Of a DNA stretch of 64,000 bases, positions 19,767-29,639 are shown in pieces. The first letter of the stretch is position 1. Every line of letters begins with the position of its first letter. Origin of the DNA: an uncultured Polaribacter sp. (GTDB lineage: Bacteria; Bacteroidota; Bacteroidia; Flavobacteriales; Flavobacteriaceae); assembly GCA_964275545.1 (NCBI GenBank), contig CAXYCO010000010.1, forward strand, positions 13,968-77,967. The letters are read 5' to 3'. The notes beneath the pieces are model-generated. The model was not told the DNA's origin. It saw only the letters and a list, made by a program, of their open reading frames with translations, and did not search any database. Both the position numbers and the translations under genes were made by a program.

Positions 19767-19998
19767 CTTTTTTTAGGTTTTAAAAATTAATATTATTTTA
19801 AATAGATGTTTGTGAAGGCAGCTTTTCAAAAGGTTTCTTTTGGGGTATAATTATTTGCCAAAAAATATTTTCTTCTTTTTTAATTTTCAGAATTTCCTCA
19901 ATTTGATAGATATATTATCATGTTTCTATTTTTTTATAGACATTTCTAATACTGATGAATAACTGCCTTGTAAACACATTTCTTTGATATTGATACAT

Positions 19999-20068
19999 CA
20001 AATGTAGTGCTGGTTAGGAGTAAAATATTGGGTAAAATAGAATTCGTAAGAAGTGAATTAGAATTCGT
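19999..20068 (-). promoter_or_regulatory. Promoter of the lipoprotein gene with LytTR-type direct repeat
   Basis: Minus strand TACATTTG at 19999-20006; identical 10-mers TAGAATTCGT at 20038-20047 and 20059-20068 (21-bp period). Confidence 0.7.
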
Positions 20069-20165
20069 TGTTGTACTATAAAAACATCATTGATTTATGA
20101 ATTTTTGGATGAGAGTCAATAAAGTTTTAAGGAGGGGATTTTGTTTAAATAAATTTATTATTCAT

Positions 20166-21266
20166 TTAATGATTATAAATGACTAATTCTGTCAATCCTT
20201 TTGTATTGGGATTGTTAGCATATGAGCGTAAATATGCATCTGTGTATTTTATAATTCGTTCTTCAGGATAAAACAATACTTTATTATCAAACTGTGCCCA
20301 TTCATTAATATTTATGTATGTTTTTCCATTTTCGAATCGGTAGAATTTTTGAATGTGTTCTGGAAGTTTTTCTTCTAACTCTAAACTAATAAAAACATTG
20401 TAATAGTTTAAATCTGCTGTAAAAAAATGAAAAGATAGTAGTTTATCGTAAAAGCCAAAAAGATTATTACTTAAAGGTAAGAGCATTGTAAACACTAGTA
20501 TTAAGGCTCTTTGTTTATCGAAAAACTTCACAAAAAAATCCAAAGAGCTAATAGTGTTAAGCCCCCAAAATAAAGCAACTACACTAAGCATATTTTGAAT
20601 ATTCCAAGGAACAACATTATAACCATAGCCTAAATAAAATAAAAGCAACGTTATAATTGTATGCATTCCTAAAATAAAAGCAACTCCAAATTTTCTTGTC
20701 TTATTAAATAATAATAGAATTCCCATAGAAGCTTCTAACCAAGGAACTAAATAGGTAAAAACTTTTAAGAAAATGTGTGGTAAAAAGCTAAAATGTTTTT
20801 CCAAAGCACTTAGCCATTGTATATAAAAAGCACTATTTAATTTTTGAATTCCACTCCAAAAATAAGTTGCAAAAAAGATGAGAATTACCGAGTAAAGTAT
20901 TTTTTTAGCATCGGTTCTTTTTGGAAAAATAACAATTGCTAAAATGGTCAATGCAGATTGATAAAAATAGGGTTGTAATCTATTTTGATCTACAAAAGCC
21001 AAATACATATATAACACAAGTACAGTCCAGCCTAACCACCTTTTATTTAAAAATACATATAGAATTTGAGTACCAAAGAACAGCCACCAAAATACACTAT
21101 CATAGAGTCCAGTAGGGATTGGAATCCAATTAAACAGAGGGATTACTGGGAAAACTTTAGCAGTTAGCCATAGTTTTGGTGCCAACAACATTAAAGTCAA
21201 TGTAGATAAAAGAGCAGCAATTCTAACCCAATTAATTCGTTGCTTTAATGTTAAATTCAATTTCAT
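20166..21266 (-). CDS. Polytopic membrane protein, HTTM-like or DoxX/MauE-like
   Basis: About 9 TM helices; DQNRLQPYFYQ, YFWSGIQKLN, GMH...NVVPWN. Confidence 0.6.
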   Translation of the reverse strand: MKLNLTLKQRINWVRIAALLSTLTLMLLAPKLWLTAKVFPVIPLFNWIPIPTGLYDSVFWWLFFGTQILYVFLNKRWLGWTVLVLYMYLAFVDQNRLQPYFYQSALTILAIVIFPKRTDAKKILYSVILIFFATYFWSGIQKLNSAFYIQWLSALEKHFSFLPHIFLKVFTYLVPWLEASMGILLLFNKTRKFGVAFILGMHTIITLLLFYLGYGYNVVPWNIQNMLSVVALFWGLNTISSLDFFVKFFDKQRALILVFTMLLPLSNNLFGFYDKLLSFHFFTADLNYYNVFISLELEEKLPEHIQKFYRFENGKTYININEWAQFDNKVLFYPEERIIKYTDAYLRSYANNPNTKGLTELVIYNH

Positions 21267-21359
21267 AAGTACAAAAATAGTTGACCAAAAATAAAAAATT
21301 AAATAACCTTTGAAAATGATTTTTATTCTTATTTTTAATTTCTTTTAAAATTTAGTATC

Positions 21360-24300
21360 ATGAAATTTATTTTATTTATTTTTTCGTTGTTTTGTGCGAC
21401 ACTCTCTTTTTCTCAGAAAAATAACCCCTATTTTACTTTAAAACCAACTTTAACTCCCGATGGAGACACTGTGATTTTTAGTTATCAAGGAGATTTATGG
21501 AAAGTCTCTTCTGATGGGGGAGATGCACTTAGATTAACTGCTATGGATGGCTCTGAAACCAATCCTTATGTTTCTCCTGATGGAAAATTATTAGCATTTT
21601 CTAGCAATCAATACGGGAATAATGATGTGTATATTATGCCTTTAAATGGTGGTAAAATTAAACAACTTACTTTTCATGAAGCCAATGATAATGTTACTTC
21701 TTGGAGTTGGGATAGTAAGACTATCAATTTTGACTCTAATAGAGAAAATTCAGTTTCAAATTATACAGTTTCTATAGATGGGGGTTCTCCTGCAAGGAAA
21801 TTTACACATTATTTTAATACAGTACATCACGTTATACAACATCCTATAACAAAAGATTTTTACTTTAATGAAACTTGGGAAAGTTATCGTTTTGCGCATA
21901 GAAAAAGATACAAAGGAGATTATAATCCTGATATCAAGTCTTACAACGTAGCCACTCAAAAATTCACAAAACACACCTCTTACAGAGGAAAAGATTTTGG
22001 AACAACCATAGATAAAAACGGTAACGTATATTTTAAATCTGATGAATATAAGGGTGAATACAATTTATACACATTTACAAATGGTAAAAAGAAGCGTTTA
22101 ACAAATTTCTCAACATCCATTATGTGGCCAAAAGTGGCAGCTGACGGGAATAAAATAGTATATAGAAAAGATTATCAGATTTATATTTATGATGTAGCAT
22201 TAAAATCTTCTAAAAAACTTAAAATAAACATCAACACAAATTCTACAGCAGATAAAAATCAATCTTATAATGTAAAAGGAAAAATAACCTTCTTTGATGT
22301 TTCTCCTGATGGAAAAAAGATGGCATTTGTTTCTAGAGGAAAATTATTTATTTCTGATGTAAAAGGAAAATTTGTGAAAGAAATTCAAACAAATATTTTG
22401 GAAGCTGTTGGTGAAGTAAAATGGTTAAAAGATAATAAAACACTTTTATTTTCTAGATCTTATAATGGTTACTATAATTGGTTTGTTGTTGATGTTACTA
22501 ATCAATCAAATAAAAAACAGCTTACTAAAAACACCATGAATAACAGACAAATAACTTTTAATAAAGAATTGTCTAAGGGTGTGTATTTAAGAGGTAGAAA
22601 TGAAATTTATATTATCGATTTAACAACTTACAAGAGCGAGTTAATTGTAGAAGATGAACTTTGGGGCTTTTACAATGCCAATCCTTATTTTTCTCCTGAC
22701 GATAAATACATTGTTTACAATGCTTATAGAGATTTTGAAGCGGATGTTTTTACATATAATATTGCATCAAAAAAATCAATGAATCTCACAAATACAAAAG
22801 TTTCAGAATTTGGGCCAATTTGGTCTGATGATGGGAAATACTTGTATTTTAGTTCAGAAAGAACAGCTCCAAACTTTCCAAGTGGTGGAAATGGAAAATC
22901 CAAAGTATACCAAATGAGTTTGGATAAATATGAGAAGCCTTTTAAAATTGATAAAGTAAATCAACTTTTCGCAAAAAAAGATACTACTAAAAAAGGTAAA
23001 AAAAAGACGATAATAACAACAATCAATCCAAATGGTTTAATGGATAGGTTAACAAGAATTAGCCCTTGGTTTGGTAATCAAAGTAATATTTCTGTGATTA
23101 AACAGGGTACTAAAACACATGTTTTATATACTTCAAATCACGACGAAGGGCAAAGTAAATTATGGAAAACTACTTTAGAACCATTTGAAGAAAATAAAAC
23201 TGTAAAGTTAGGGGATAAAAGAATCTTTGGTTATCAAATTATTACTTCAAAAAAGAAACATTATGTTTTGGCTAGTGGTACAATTCATAGTTTAAATTTA
23301 AACTCAAATAAATTACAACCATTAGCAATTAGTTTTAATTTTAATAAATCTTTATCAAATGAATTCGAGCAAATGTACTTTGAAGCATGGGCAGGAATGG
23401 AAGAAAATTTTTATGACAAGAATTTTCATGGAGAAAACTGGCAAAAATTAAGAGATCGTTATGCAAAATATTTATCTTTTGTAACGAATAGAGCTGAACT
23501 AAGATTAATATTTAATGATATGTTAGGAGAACTAAATACCTCACATTTTGGTTTTAATTCTAATGGAGCTGAAGAAAAAATATATTATGGAACTCGAACT
23601 TTGGCAACAGGAATTGTTTTTGATGCTCAAAACCCATTCAGAGTGGCGCGAATTGTAAAAGAAAGTCCCACAGATGTAAAAGGAAAAAATATTAGGAAAG
23701 GTGATGAATTAGTTGCAGTAAATGATGTTAAAATTGATCAAAGTAGAAATAGAGCATCTTATTTTACAAACCCAATATTTCAAAGTGAAATAAAACTTAC
23801 ATTTTCTAGAAATAAAAAACAGTTTGACGCATTTATTCATACTACTAGCTTCAGAAGAATTAATAGTTTGGTATATGATGAATGGCAAGATGATAATCAG
23901 AATTATGTAGATAAGAAATCTAATAATACGATTGCCTATGTTCATATGAAAAATATGGGTGGAGGCGAATTGACAAAATTTTATGAAGATTTAATGAGTG
24001 CAGAAGCTTATAAGAAAGGTCTGATTTTAGATTTACGTTTTAATACAGGAGGAAACGTTCATGATGCTGTTTTAAATTTTTTACAACAAAAGCAGTATTT
24101 AAATTGGAAATACAGAGAAGGTAAATTGGCAAGTCAATCTAACTTTAGTTATGGAAATAAACCCATTGTTTTACTAATTAATGAGCAATCTTTATCTGAC
24201 GCAGAAATGACAGCGGCCGGTTTTAAAGAATTAGGTTTAGGAACAATTGTAGGAACAGAGACCTACAGGTGGATTATTTTTACAACAGGAGGTTCTCTAG

Positions 24301-24479
24301 TTGATGGCTCATTTTATAGATTGCCTTCTTGGGGATGTTATACTCTCGACGGAAAAGATTTGGAAATTAATGGGGTTACTCCTGATGTTTATGTTGGTAA
24401 AAGTTTTAAGGACAGGTTGCAAAAAAACACACCTCAGTTGGATAAAGCGATTGAGATTATTATGAAAGAATTTAAGTAA
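21360..24479 (+). CDS. Tricorn-type S41 family peptidase
   Basis: Signal peptide, PD40 propeller repeats (SPDG), ELNTSH, PDZ-like region, DLRFNTGG, SLSDAE, LEINGVTPD. Confidence 0.93.
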   Translation: MKFILFIFSLFCATLSFSQKNNPYFTLKPTLTPDGDTVIFSYQGDLWKVSSDGGDALRLTAMDGSETNPYVSPDGKLLAFSSNQYGNNDVYIMPLNGGKIKQLTFHEANDNVTSWSWDSKTINFDSNRENSVSNYTVSIDGGSPARKFTHYFNTVHHVIQHPITKDFYFNETWESYRFAHRKRYKGDYNPDIKSYNVATQKFTKHTSYRGKDFGTTIDKNGNVYFKSDEYKGEYNLYTFTNGKKKRLTNFSTSIMWPKVAADGNKIVYRKDYQIYIYDVALKSSKKLKININTNSTADKNQSYNVKGKITFFDVSPDGKKMAFVSRGKLFISDVKGKFVKEIQTNILEAVGEVKWLKDNKTLLFSRSYNGYYNWFVVDVTNQSNKKQLTKNTMNNRQITFNKELSKGVYLRGRNEIYIIDLTTYKSELIVEDELWGFYNANPYFSPDDKYIVYNAYRDFEADVFTYNIASKKSMNLTNTKVSEFGPIWSDDGKYLYFSSERTAPNFPSGGNGKSKVYQMSLDKYEKPFKIDKVNQLFAKKDTTKKGKKKTIITTINPNGLMDRLTRISPWFGNQSNISVIKQGTKTHVLYTSNHDEGQSKLWKTTLEPFEENKTVKLGDKRIFGYQIITSKKKHYVLASGTIHSLNLNSNKLQPLAISFNFNKSLSNEFEQMYFEAWAGMEENFYDKNFHGENWQKLRDRYAKYLSFVTNRAELRLIFNDMLGELNTSHFGFNSNGAEEKIYYGTRTLATGIVFDAQNPFRVARIVKESPTDVKGKNIRKGDELVAVNDVKIDQSRNRASYFTNPIFQSEIKLTFSRNKKQFDAFIHTTSFRRINSLVYDEWQDDNQNYVDKKSNNTIAYVHMKNMGGGELTKFYEDLMSAEAYKKGLILDLRFNTGGNVHDAVLNFLQQKQYLNWKYREGKLASQSNFSYGNKPIVLLINEQSLSDAEMTAAGFKELGLGTIVGTETYRWIIFTTGGSLVDGSFYRLPSWGCYTLDGKDLEINGVTPDVYVGKSFKDRLQKNTPQLDKAIEIIMKEFK

Positions 24480-24502
24480 ATAGATTTTAAATTATAAAAA
24501 TG

Positions 24503-24536
24503 AAACCTCGCTCTTATAATAATTGTGAGGTTTTTT
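24503..24536. terminator. Probable terminator between the peptidase gene and uvrA
   Basis: AAACCTCGC...GTGAGGTTTTTT. Confidence 0.6.
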
Positions 24537-24542
24537 ATTTGC

Positions 24543-27335
24543 TTAAAGCACCAATTTTTTTGACAAATATTTAGCAGTATAAGAATCCTTATTTCTTGCT
24601 AGTTCCTCAGGGGTTCCCTCAAAGATAAGTTTACCACCATTTTTTCCACCTTCTGGTCCCAAGTCAATAATATAGTCTGCACATTTTATAAGCTCAATAT
24701 TGTGTTCAATTACTACAATTGAATGTCCTCGATCAATTAAGGCGTTAAAACTTGCCAATAATTTTTTAATATCGTGAAAATGCAAACCAGTTGTAGGTTC
24801 ATCAAAAATAAACAAGGCTTTATCTTTTGTATTTCCTTTTACTAAAAACGATGCTAATTTTATGCGCTGTGCTTCTCCACCAGAAAGTGTAGAGGAAGAC
24901 TGACCTAGTTTTACATACCCTAATCCAACATCTTGTAGAGGTTTTAATTTATTTGCAATCTTAGTTACTAAGTTTTCATAGAAAAAATCTACTGCATCAT
25001 CTATCGTTAAATTTAAAATGTCATCAATAGATTTTCCATCAAAACGCACTTCTAAAACTTCTTTTTTGAAACGCTTTCCTTTACAAACATCACATTCTAA
25101 ATGAACATCTGCCATAAACTGCATTTCAATGGTAACTTCACCTTCCCCTTTACAAACTTCACAGCGACCACCTTCAACATTAAACGAAAAATGTTTTGGT
25201 TTGTAGTTTCTTATTGCGGATAATTTTTGATTAGAAAATAGGGCTCTAATATCGTCATATGCTTTAATGTATGTAACTGGATTAGAGCGTGAAGATCTTC
25301 CAATAGGGTTTTGATTTATAAATTCTACATGTTTTATATTTTCAAAATTTCCTTTTATTTCAGTATGCTGGCCGATTTTATCTCCATAACCAATCAATTT
25401 TTTTTGCATTGTTGGATATAAAATATTCTTTACCAAAGTACTTTTTCCAGAACCAGAAACTCCAGTGATTACCGTTAAACAGTTCAAAGGAAAGCTAACA
25501 TCAATGTTTTGCAGATTGTGTTCTCTTGCACCAATAATTTCAATGCTATATTTTGATGTTCTTCGTTTTGTAGGAACTTCAATCTTAAGTTCTTCATTTA
25601 GGTATTTTGCGGTTAAAGAATCTGATTGTAAGATTTTTTCAAAACTTCCTTCAGCAACAACATGTCCACCAAAAGTTCCAGCTTCAGGACCAATATCGAT
25701 TATATAATCTGCTTCTTTCATGATGTCCTCATCATGTTCTACAACCACAACAGTATTGCCTAAATCTCGTAAGTTTTTTAAAACTCCAATTAATTTTTCT
25801 GTATCTTTTGGATGTAAACCAATGCTGGGCTCATCTAAAATATACATGGATCCCACTAACGAACTTCCCAAGGAAGTTGCCAAATTTATACGCTGACTTT
25901 CACCACCAGAAAGAGTGTTTGATGTTCTGTTAATCGTTAAGTAGTTTAAACCAACATCAGTTAAAAATTGGAGTCTATTTTTGATTTCTGTGAGTAGACG
26001 TATTCCTATTTTAGAATCATATTTATTTAATTCTAGGTTGTTAAAAAATACTGATAGTTCATCCAAAGGGAGTGCAACTAAATCAGAAATATTTTTACTG
26101 TTTATTTTCACATAATTTGTTTCAATTCTTAGACGCTTTCCATTGCAAACGGTACATTTCGTTTTACCACGATAGCGAGAGAGCATAACTCTATTCTGAA
26201 TTTTATAACTTTTTTCTTCTAAAACTTTGAAAAAATGATGAATTCCATTAAAATTATTATTCCCTTGCCATACCAGTTCTTTTTGTTTTTCTGATAGTTC
26301 AAACCAAGGTTTGTGGATAGGGATGTCATATTGATAAGCAACATCAATTAAATTTTCTTTATAATGAATATAGGAGGGTGTTTTAAAAGGAAAAATACAA
26401 TCTTCAAATATTGATAAACTTGTGTTTGGAACAACCAAATCTGCATCAATACCAATTACATTTCCATAACCTTCACAAGTTGGGCATGCTCCATAAGGGT
26501 TATTAAAACTGAATAAATGTGTGTTTGGTTCTAAGAAATTCATTCCGTCTAAATCAAATTTATTACTAAATTCAACTATTTTATTATCTTCTAAATTTTC
26601 TATGAAACATATTCCTTTTCCTTCAAAAAAAGAGGTCTGTATTGCATCTGCTAAGCGATTAAAAAAATCTTCATCATCATTAGTAACTATTCTGTCAACA
26701 ACTAAAAATAACTCATCATCTTTAAACTTATCTTTAGGGAAATCTGCAATTTTATAAACTTTATCCTTCCATTTTAATCTTGCATATCCTTGCTGTTCTA
26801 AAACTTGTAAAACTGTTTTTAAATTCCTGTTTTCATCAAGAACGATAGGAGCAAGCAACAAAAGTTTTGTTTTATTATCAAATTTCTTTACAAATGTTAC
26901 AACATCAGATACTGTATCTTTTTTTACTTGTTTACCAGAGATAGGAGAGTAGGTTTTTCCAATTCTTGCGTATAATAACTTTATGTAATCGTAAATCTCG
27001 GTAGATGTGCCAACTGTAGATCTAGGATTTGTAGAATTTACTTTTTGTTCAATAGCAATTGCGGGAGCAATACCTTTTATGTAATCAACTTTTGGTTTAT
27101 GTAGTTTTCCTAAAAATTGCCTTGCGTAAGAACTTAAACTTTCTACATAACGCCTTTGACCTTCTGCATATAATGTGTCAAAAGCTAAAGATGACTTTCC
27201 TGAACCGGAAAGACCAGTAATTACTACTAATTTATTTCTTGGAATTACAACATCAATATTCTTTAAATTATGGAGTTTAGCTCCTTTTATAATGATATTT
27301 TCTTTTGGATTTACAGTTGATAATTCAGTATTCAT
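24543..27335 (-). CDS. uvrA: Excinuclease ABC subunit A
   Basis: Two ABC cassettes ([25 protein letters not shown] twice) and CxxC zinc fingers. Confidence 0.97.
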   Translation of the reverse strand: MNTELSTVNPKENIIIKGAKLHNLKNIDVVIPRNKLVVITGLSGSGKSSLAFDTLYAEGQRRYVESLSSYARQFLGKLHKPKVDYIKGIAPAIAIEQKVNSTNPRSTVGTSTEIYDYIKLLYARIGKTYSPISGKQVKKDTVSDVVTFVKKFDNKTKLLLLAPIVLDENRNLKTVLQVLEQQGYARLKWKDKVYKIADFPKDKFKDDELFLVVDRIVTNDDEDFFNRLADAIQTSFFEGKGICFIENLEDNKIVEFSNKFDLDGMNFLEPNTHLFSFNNPYGACPTCEGYGNVIGIDADLVVPNTSLSIFEDCIFPFKTPSYIHYKENLIDVAYQYDIPIHKPWFELSEKQKELVWQGNNNFNGIHHFFKVLEEKSYKIQNRVMLSRYRGKTKCTVCNGKRLRIETNYVKINSKNISDLVALPLDELSVFFNNLELNKYDSKIGIRLLTEIKNRLQFLTDVGLNYLTINRTSNTLSGGESQRINLATSLGSSLVGSMYILDEPSIGLHPKDTEKLIGVLKNLRDLGNTVVVVEHDEDIMKEADYIIDIGPEAGTFGGHVVAEGSFEKILQSDSLTAKYLNEELKIEVPTKRRTSKYSIEIIGAREHNLQNIDVSFPLNCLTVITGVSGSGKSTLVKNILYPTMQKKLIGYGDKIGQHTEIKGNFENIKHVEFINQNPIGRSSRSNPVTYIKAYDDIRALFSNQKLSAIRNYKPKHFSFNVEGGRCEVCKGEGEVTIEMQFMADVHLECDVCKGKRFKKEVLEVRFDGKSIDDILNLTIDDAVDFFYENLVTKIANKLKPLQDVGLGYVKLGQSSSTLSGGEAQRIKLASFLVKGNTKDKALFIFDEPTTGLHFHDIKKLLASFNALIDRGHSIVVIEHNIELIKCADYIIDLGPEGGKNGGKLIFEGTPEELARNKDSYTAKYLSKKLVL

Positions 27336-27550
27336 TATTAAAAATTATTGGGCATAAAAATACCTTTTTTTTAACCTATTTTAAAATTAATACGAATGGA
27401 ATTTGTTGAAATATTTGTTATTTTAAAAAATAATACTGATATTTGAAAATATTAACAACTACAAAAAATACCGTTTATAGCAAAAAATTACTTTTATATT
27501 ATTAATTAATAATAAAAATTAGAAGGATACTTTATTCTTCAAAAGTAATT

Positions 27551-28138
27551 ATGACGGAAAAAAAAACAATAAAAGACAGCATTTTAATAAGCGATTATAT
27601 CCTTGGTAAAGAAGCGGCCTTAGGTGTTTTAATAAAAAGGCATCAACAAAGATTGTATAGTTTTATTTATAGTAAAATTTATGACAAGGATATTGCTGAA
27701 GATATTTTTCAGGATACTTTCATAAAAGTAATTAAAACCTTAAAAAAAGGAAATTATAATGAAGAAGGAAAGTTTTTACCTTGGGTAATGAGAATTGCAC
27801 ACAACTTGGTGATTGATCATTTCAGAAAGTCAAATAGAATGCCCACGTTTAAAAACACTGATGAGTTTGATATTTTTTCTGTATTAGGAGATGGATCTCT
27901 AAATGCAGAGAAACAAATGATACAAGATCAAATTTTTTCTGATGTAAAGGAGCTTGTAAATGAATTACCAGAAGAACAAAAAGAAGTTTTGATAATGCGA
28001 ATGTATAAAGATATGAGCTTCAAGGAAATTAGTGAAAATACAGGAGTTAGTATTAACACAGCATTGGGTAGGATGCGTTATGCATTAATAAACATGCGTA
28101 AATTAATAGAAAAACATAAAATTATTTTAGTGAATTAA
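27551..28138 (+). CDS. ECF-type RNA polymerase sigma factor
   Basis: Region 2 (AEDIFQDTF, WVMRIAHNLVIDHFRK) and region 4 (SFKEISE...INTALGRMRYA). Confidence 0.93.
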   Translation: MTEKKTIKDSILISDYILGKEAALGVLIKRHQQRLYSFIYSKIYDKDIAEDIFQDTFIKVIKTLKKGNYNEEGKFLPWVMRIAHNLVIDHFRKSNRMPTFKNTDEFDIFSVLGDGSLNAEKQMIQDQIFSDVKELVNELPEEQKEVLIMRMYKDMSFKEISENTGVSINTALGRMRYALINMRKLIEKHKIILVN

Positions 28139-28196
28139 CAATAAATATAAAAAAGTGACGTTAGTATTTTTGTAACCAGCCCATTAAATTTAATGT

Positions 28197-28340
28197 ATGA
28201 TGCAAATTTACTCTAAAAAGCCATCTGAACTTCAGATGCAACCAAAACAAGAAACAGTTCAATTTTTGATTAATTTTTCCAAATCGCTAACTTTTGTAAA
28301 AACCAAATCAAAAGACTTTATTGAATTGAATTTGAATTAA
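28197..28340 (+). CDS. Small 47-aa protein downstream of the ECF sigma gene (not in the ORF track)
   Basis: Hand translation MMQIYSKKPSELQMQPKQETVQFLINFSKSLTFVKTKSKDFIELNLN*. It fills the gap and is followed directly by a terminator. Confidence 0.75.
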   Translation: MMQIYSKKPSELQMQPKQETVQFLINFSKSLTFVKTKSKDFIELNLN

Positions 28341-28346
28341 GAGTGG

Positions 28347-28378
28347 AAAAAGCTTCAACAAATGTTGAAGCTTTTTTT
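28347..28378 (+). terminator. Intrinsic terminator after the sigma and small-ORF genes
   Basis: AAAAAGCTTCAACA-AA-TGTTGAAGCTTTTTTT. Confidence 0.85.
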
Positions 28379-28391
28379 ATATTTGCATATT

Positions 28392-28859
28392 ATGAAATAC
28401 AGACAACTCACAAAAGAGCAATTTGAAAATTTGCATGAAGAATTTGCAAGATTTTTAGCAAGTCAGAATATAGATGTAAAAGAATGGAATCAAATTAAAG
28501 AAGAAAAACCAAAACTCGCTGAAGATGAAATGAATGTTTTTTCTGATGTTGTTTGGGATGATGTGTTAGTAAAAACAGCTTATGTAGAACATTTTTCTGA
28601 AACTTCTGTGAATTTATTCAAATGTGAGGATAAAGAAATTCATAGAATTGCTATTAAAATAAATTGGGATATAAATTTATTAGAACAAAAAGGTTTTGAG
28701 TGGTTAATGAAAAATCCTATGGATAATTCTGTAGATATTTTTAAGGGAACAAAACCTTATCATTCAGAAAGAAATATAGAAATTTTTGATCTAATTGAAA
28801 AAGGAAGTTCTATTTCTAAAGGTGAAATTTTCGAATATTTTAATCAATTGGTTTCTTGA
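28392..28859 (+). CDS. Conserved Bacteroidota hypothetical protein (DUF6495-like)
   Basis: MKYRQLTKEQFENLHEEFARFLASQ. Start moved to 28392 because the track start lies inside the terminator and TATATTTG sits at 28378-28385. Confidence 0.75.
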   Translation: MKYRQLTKEQFENLHEEFARFLASQNIDVKEWNQIKEEKPKLAEDEMNVFSDVVWDDVLVKTAYVEHFSETSVNLFKCEDKEIHRIAIKINWDINLLEQKGFEWLMKNPMDNSVDIFKGTKPYHSERNIEIFDLIEKGSSISKGEIFEYFNQLVS

Positions 28860-28912
28860 TTTTTCTTTAGAATAACCAATAGAAATTTATATATCAATAT
28901 TTCTATGAATTG

Positions 28913-29608
28913 CTATATTGTATATTTGTAAAGTACTTGAAGTAATTTATCCGTTCCAGAACTTGCAACATCTTTTATAATAGTTAAGTTATCGAACTGA
29001 TCTTCAGATATTGATGGTTTTGGATCAATAAAATATATCGGTGTGTTAGCTTTTACATATTGAATTAGGCTCGCTGCAGGATATACTTGCATAGAGGTAC
29101 CTATAACTATTAAAATATCAGCAGTTTTAGTGATTGCAATTGCTTTATCAAGCAATGGAACCATTTCTCCAAACCAAACGATATGAGGTCTTAATTGAGA
29201 CTTATCTTTAGCAAAATCACCTACTACTAAATCTTTTTTCCAGTCTAGTACTAAATCCTCATTTAGAGAACTCCTTACTTTCAATAGTTCTCCATGAAGA
29301 TGTGTAATATTAGAACTTCCTGCAATTTCATGTAAATTATCTACATTTTGAGTAATTATTTCTACATTAAAATCATTTTCTAGTTTGACTAGATTTGTAT
29401 GTCCTTTGTTAGGAGTGACCTCTAATAATTGTTTTCTTCTTTGGTTGTAAAATTCTAATACTAATTCTGGATTTTCAGAAAAACCCTCTGGAGTAGCAAC
29501 CTCCATTACATCATGTCCTTCCCATAAGCCATCAGCATCTCTAAATGTTTTTAGTCCGCTTTCTGCAGAAATACCCGCACCTGTTAAAACAACTATTTTT
29601 TTTCTCAT
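28913..29608 (-). CDS. cobB: Sir2-family NAD-dependent protein deacylase
   Basis: TGAGISAESG, TQNVDNLHE, HLHGEL, RPHIVWFGE, GTSMQVYPA. Confidence 0.93.
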   Translation of the reverse strand: MRKKIVVLTGAGISAESGLKTFRDADGLWEGHDVMEVATPEGFSENPELVLEFYNQRRKQLLEVTPNKGHTNLVKLENDFNVEIITQNVDNLHEIAGSSNITHLHGELLKVRSSLNEDLVLDWKKDLVVGDFAKDKSQLRPHIVWFGEMVPLLDKAIAITKTADILIVIGTSMQVYPAASLIQYVKANTPIYFIDPKPSISEDQFDNLTIIKDVASSGTDKLLQVLYKYTI

Positions 29609-29639
29609 AAGTAAAAATAATAATTTTAAGTTTGTAATT

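Noticed and set aside
14793-21300. Integrative element at tRNA-His
   Set aside because: No integrase, no duplicated tRNA 3' end seen, no obvious composition shift
13931-27357. Short overlapping ORFs within bshB1, phosphoesterase, kinase, lipoprotein, tricorn and uvrA
   Set aside because: Fully contained in confident genes, no recognisable motifs
28913-29608. Sir2 as an anti-phage NADase
   Set aside because: Standalone short CobB-type deacylase with canonical motifs in a housekeeping context
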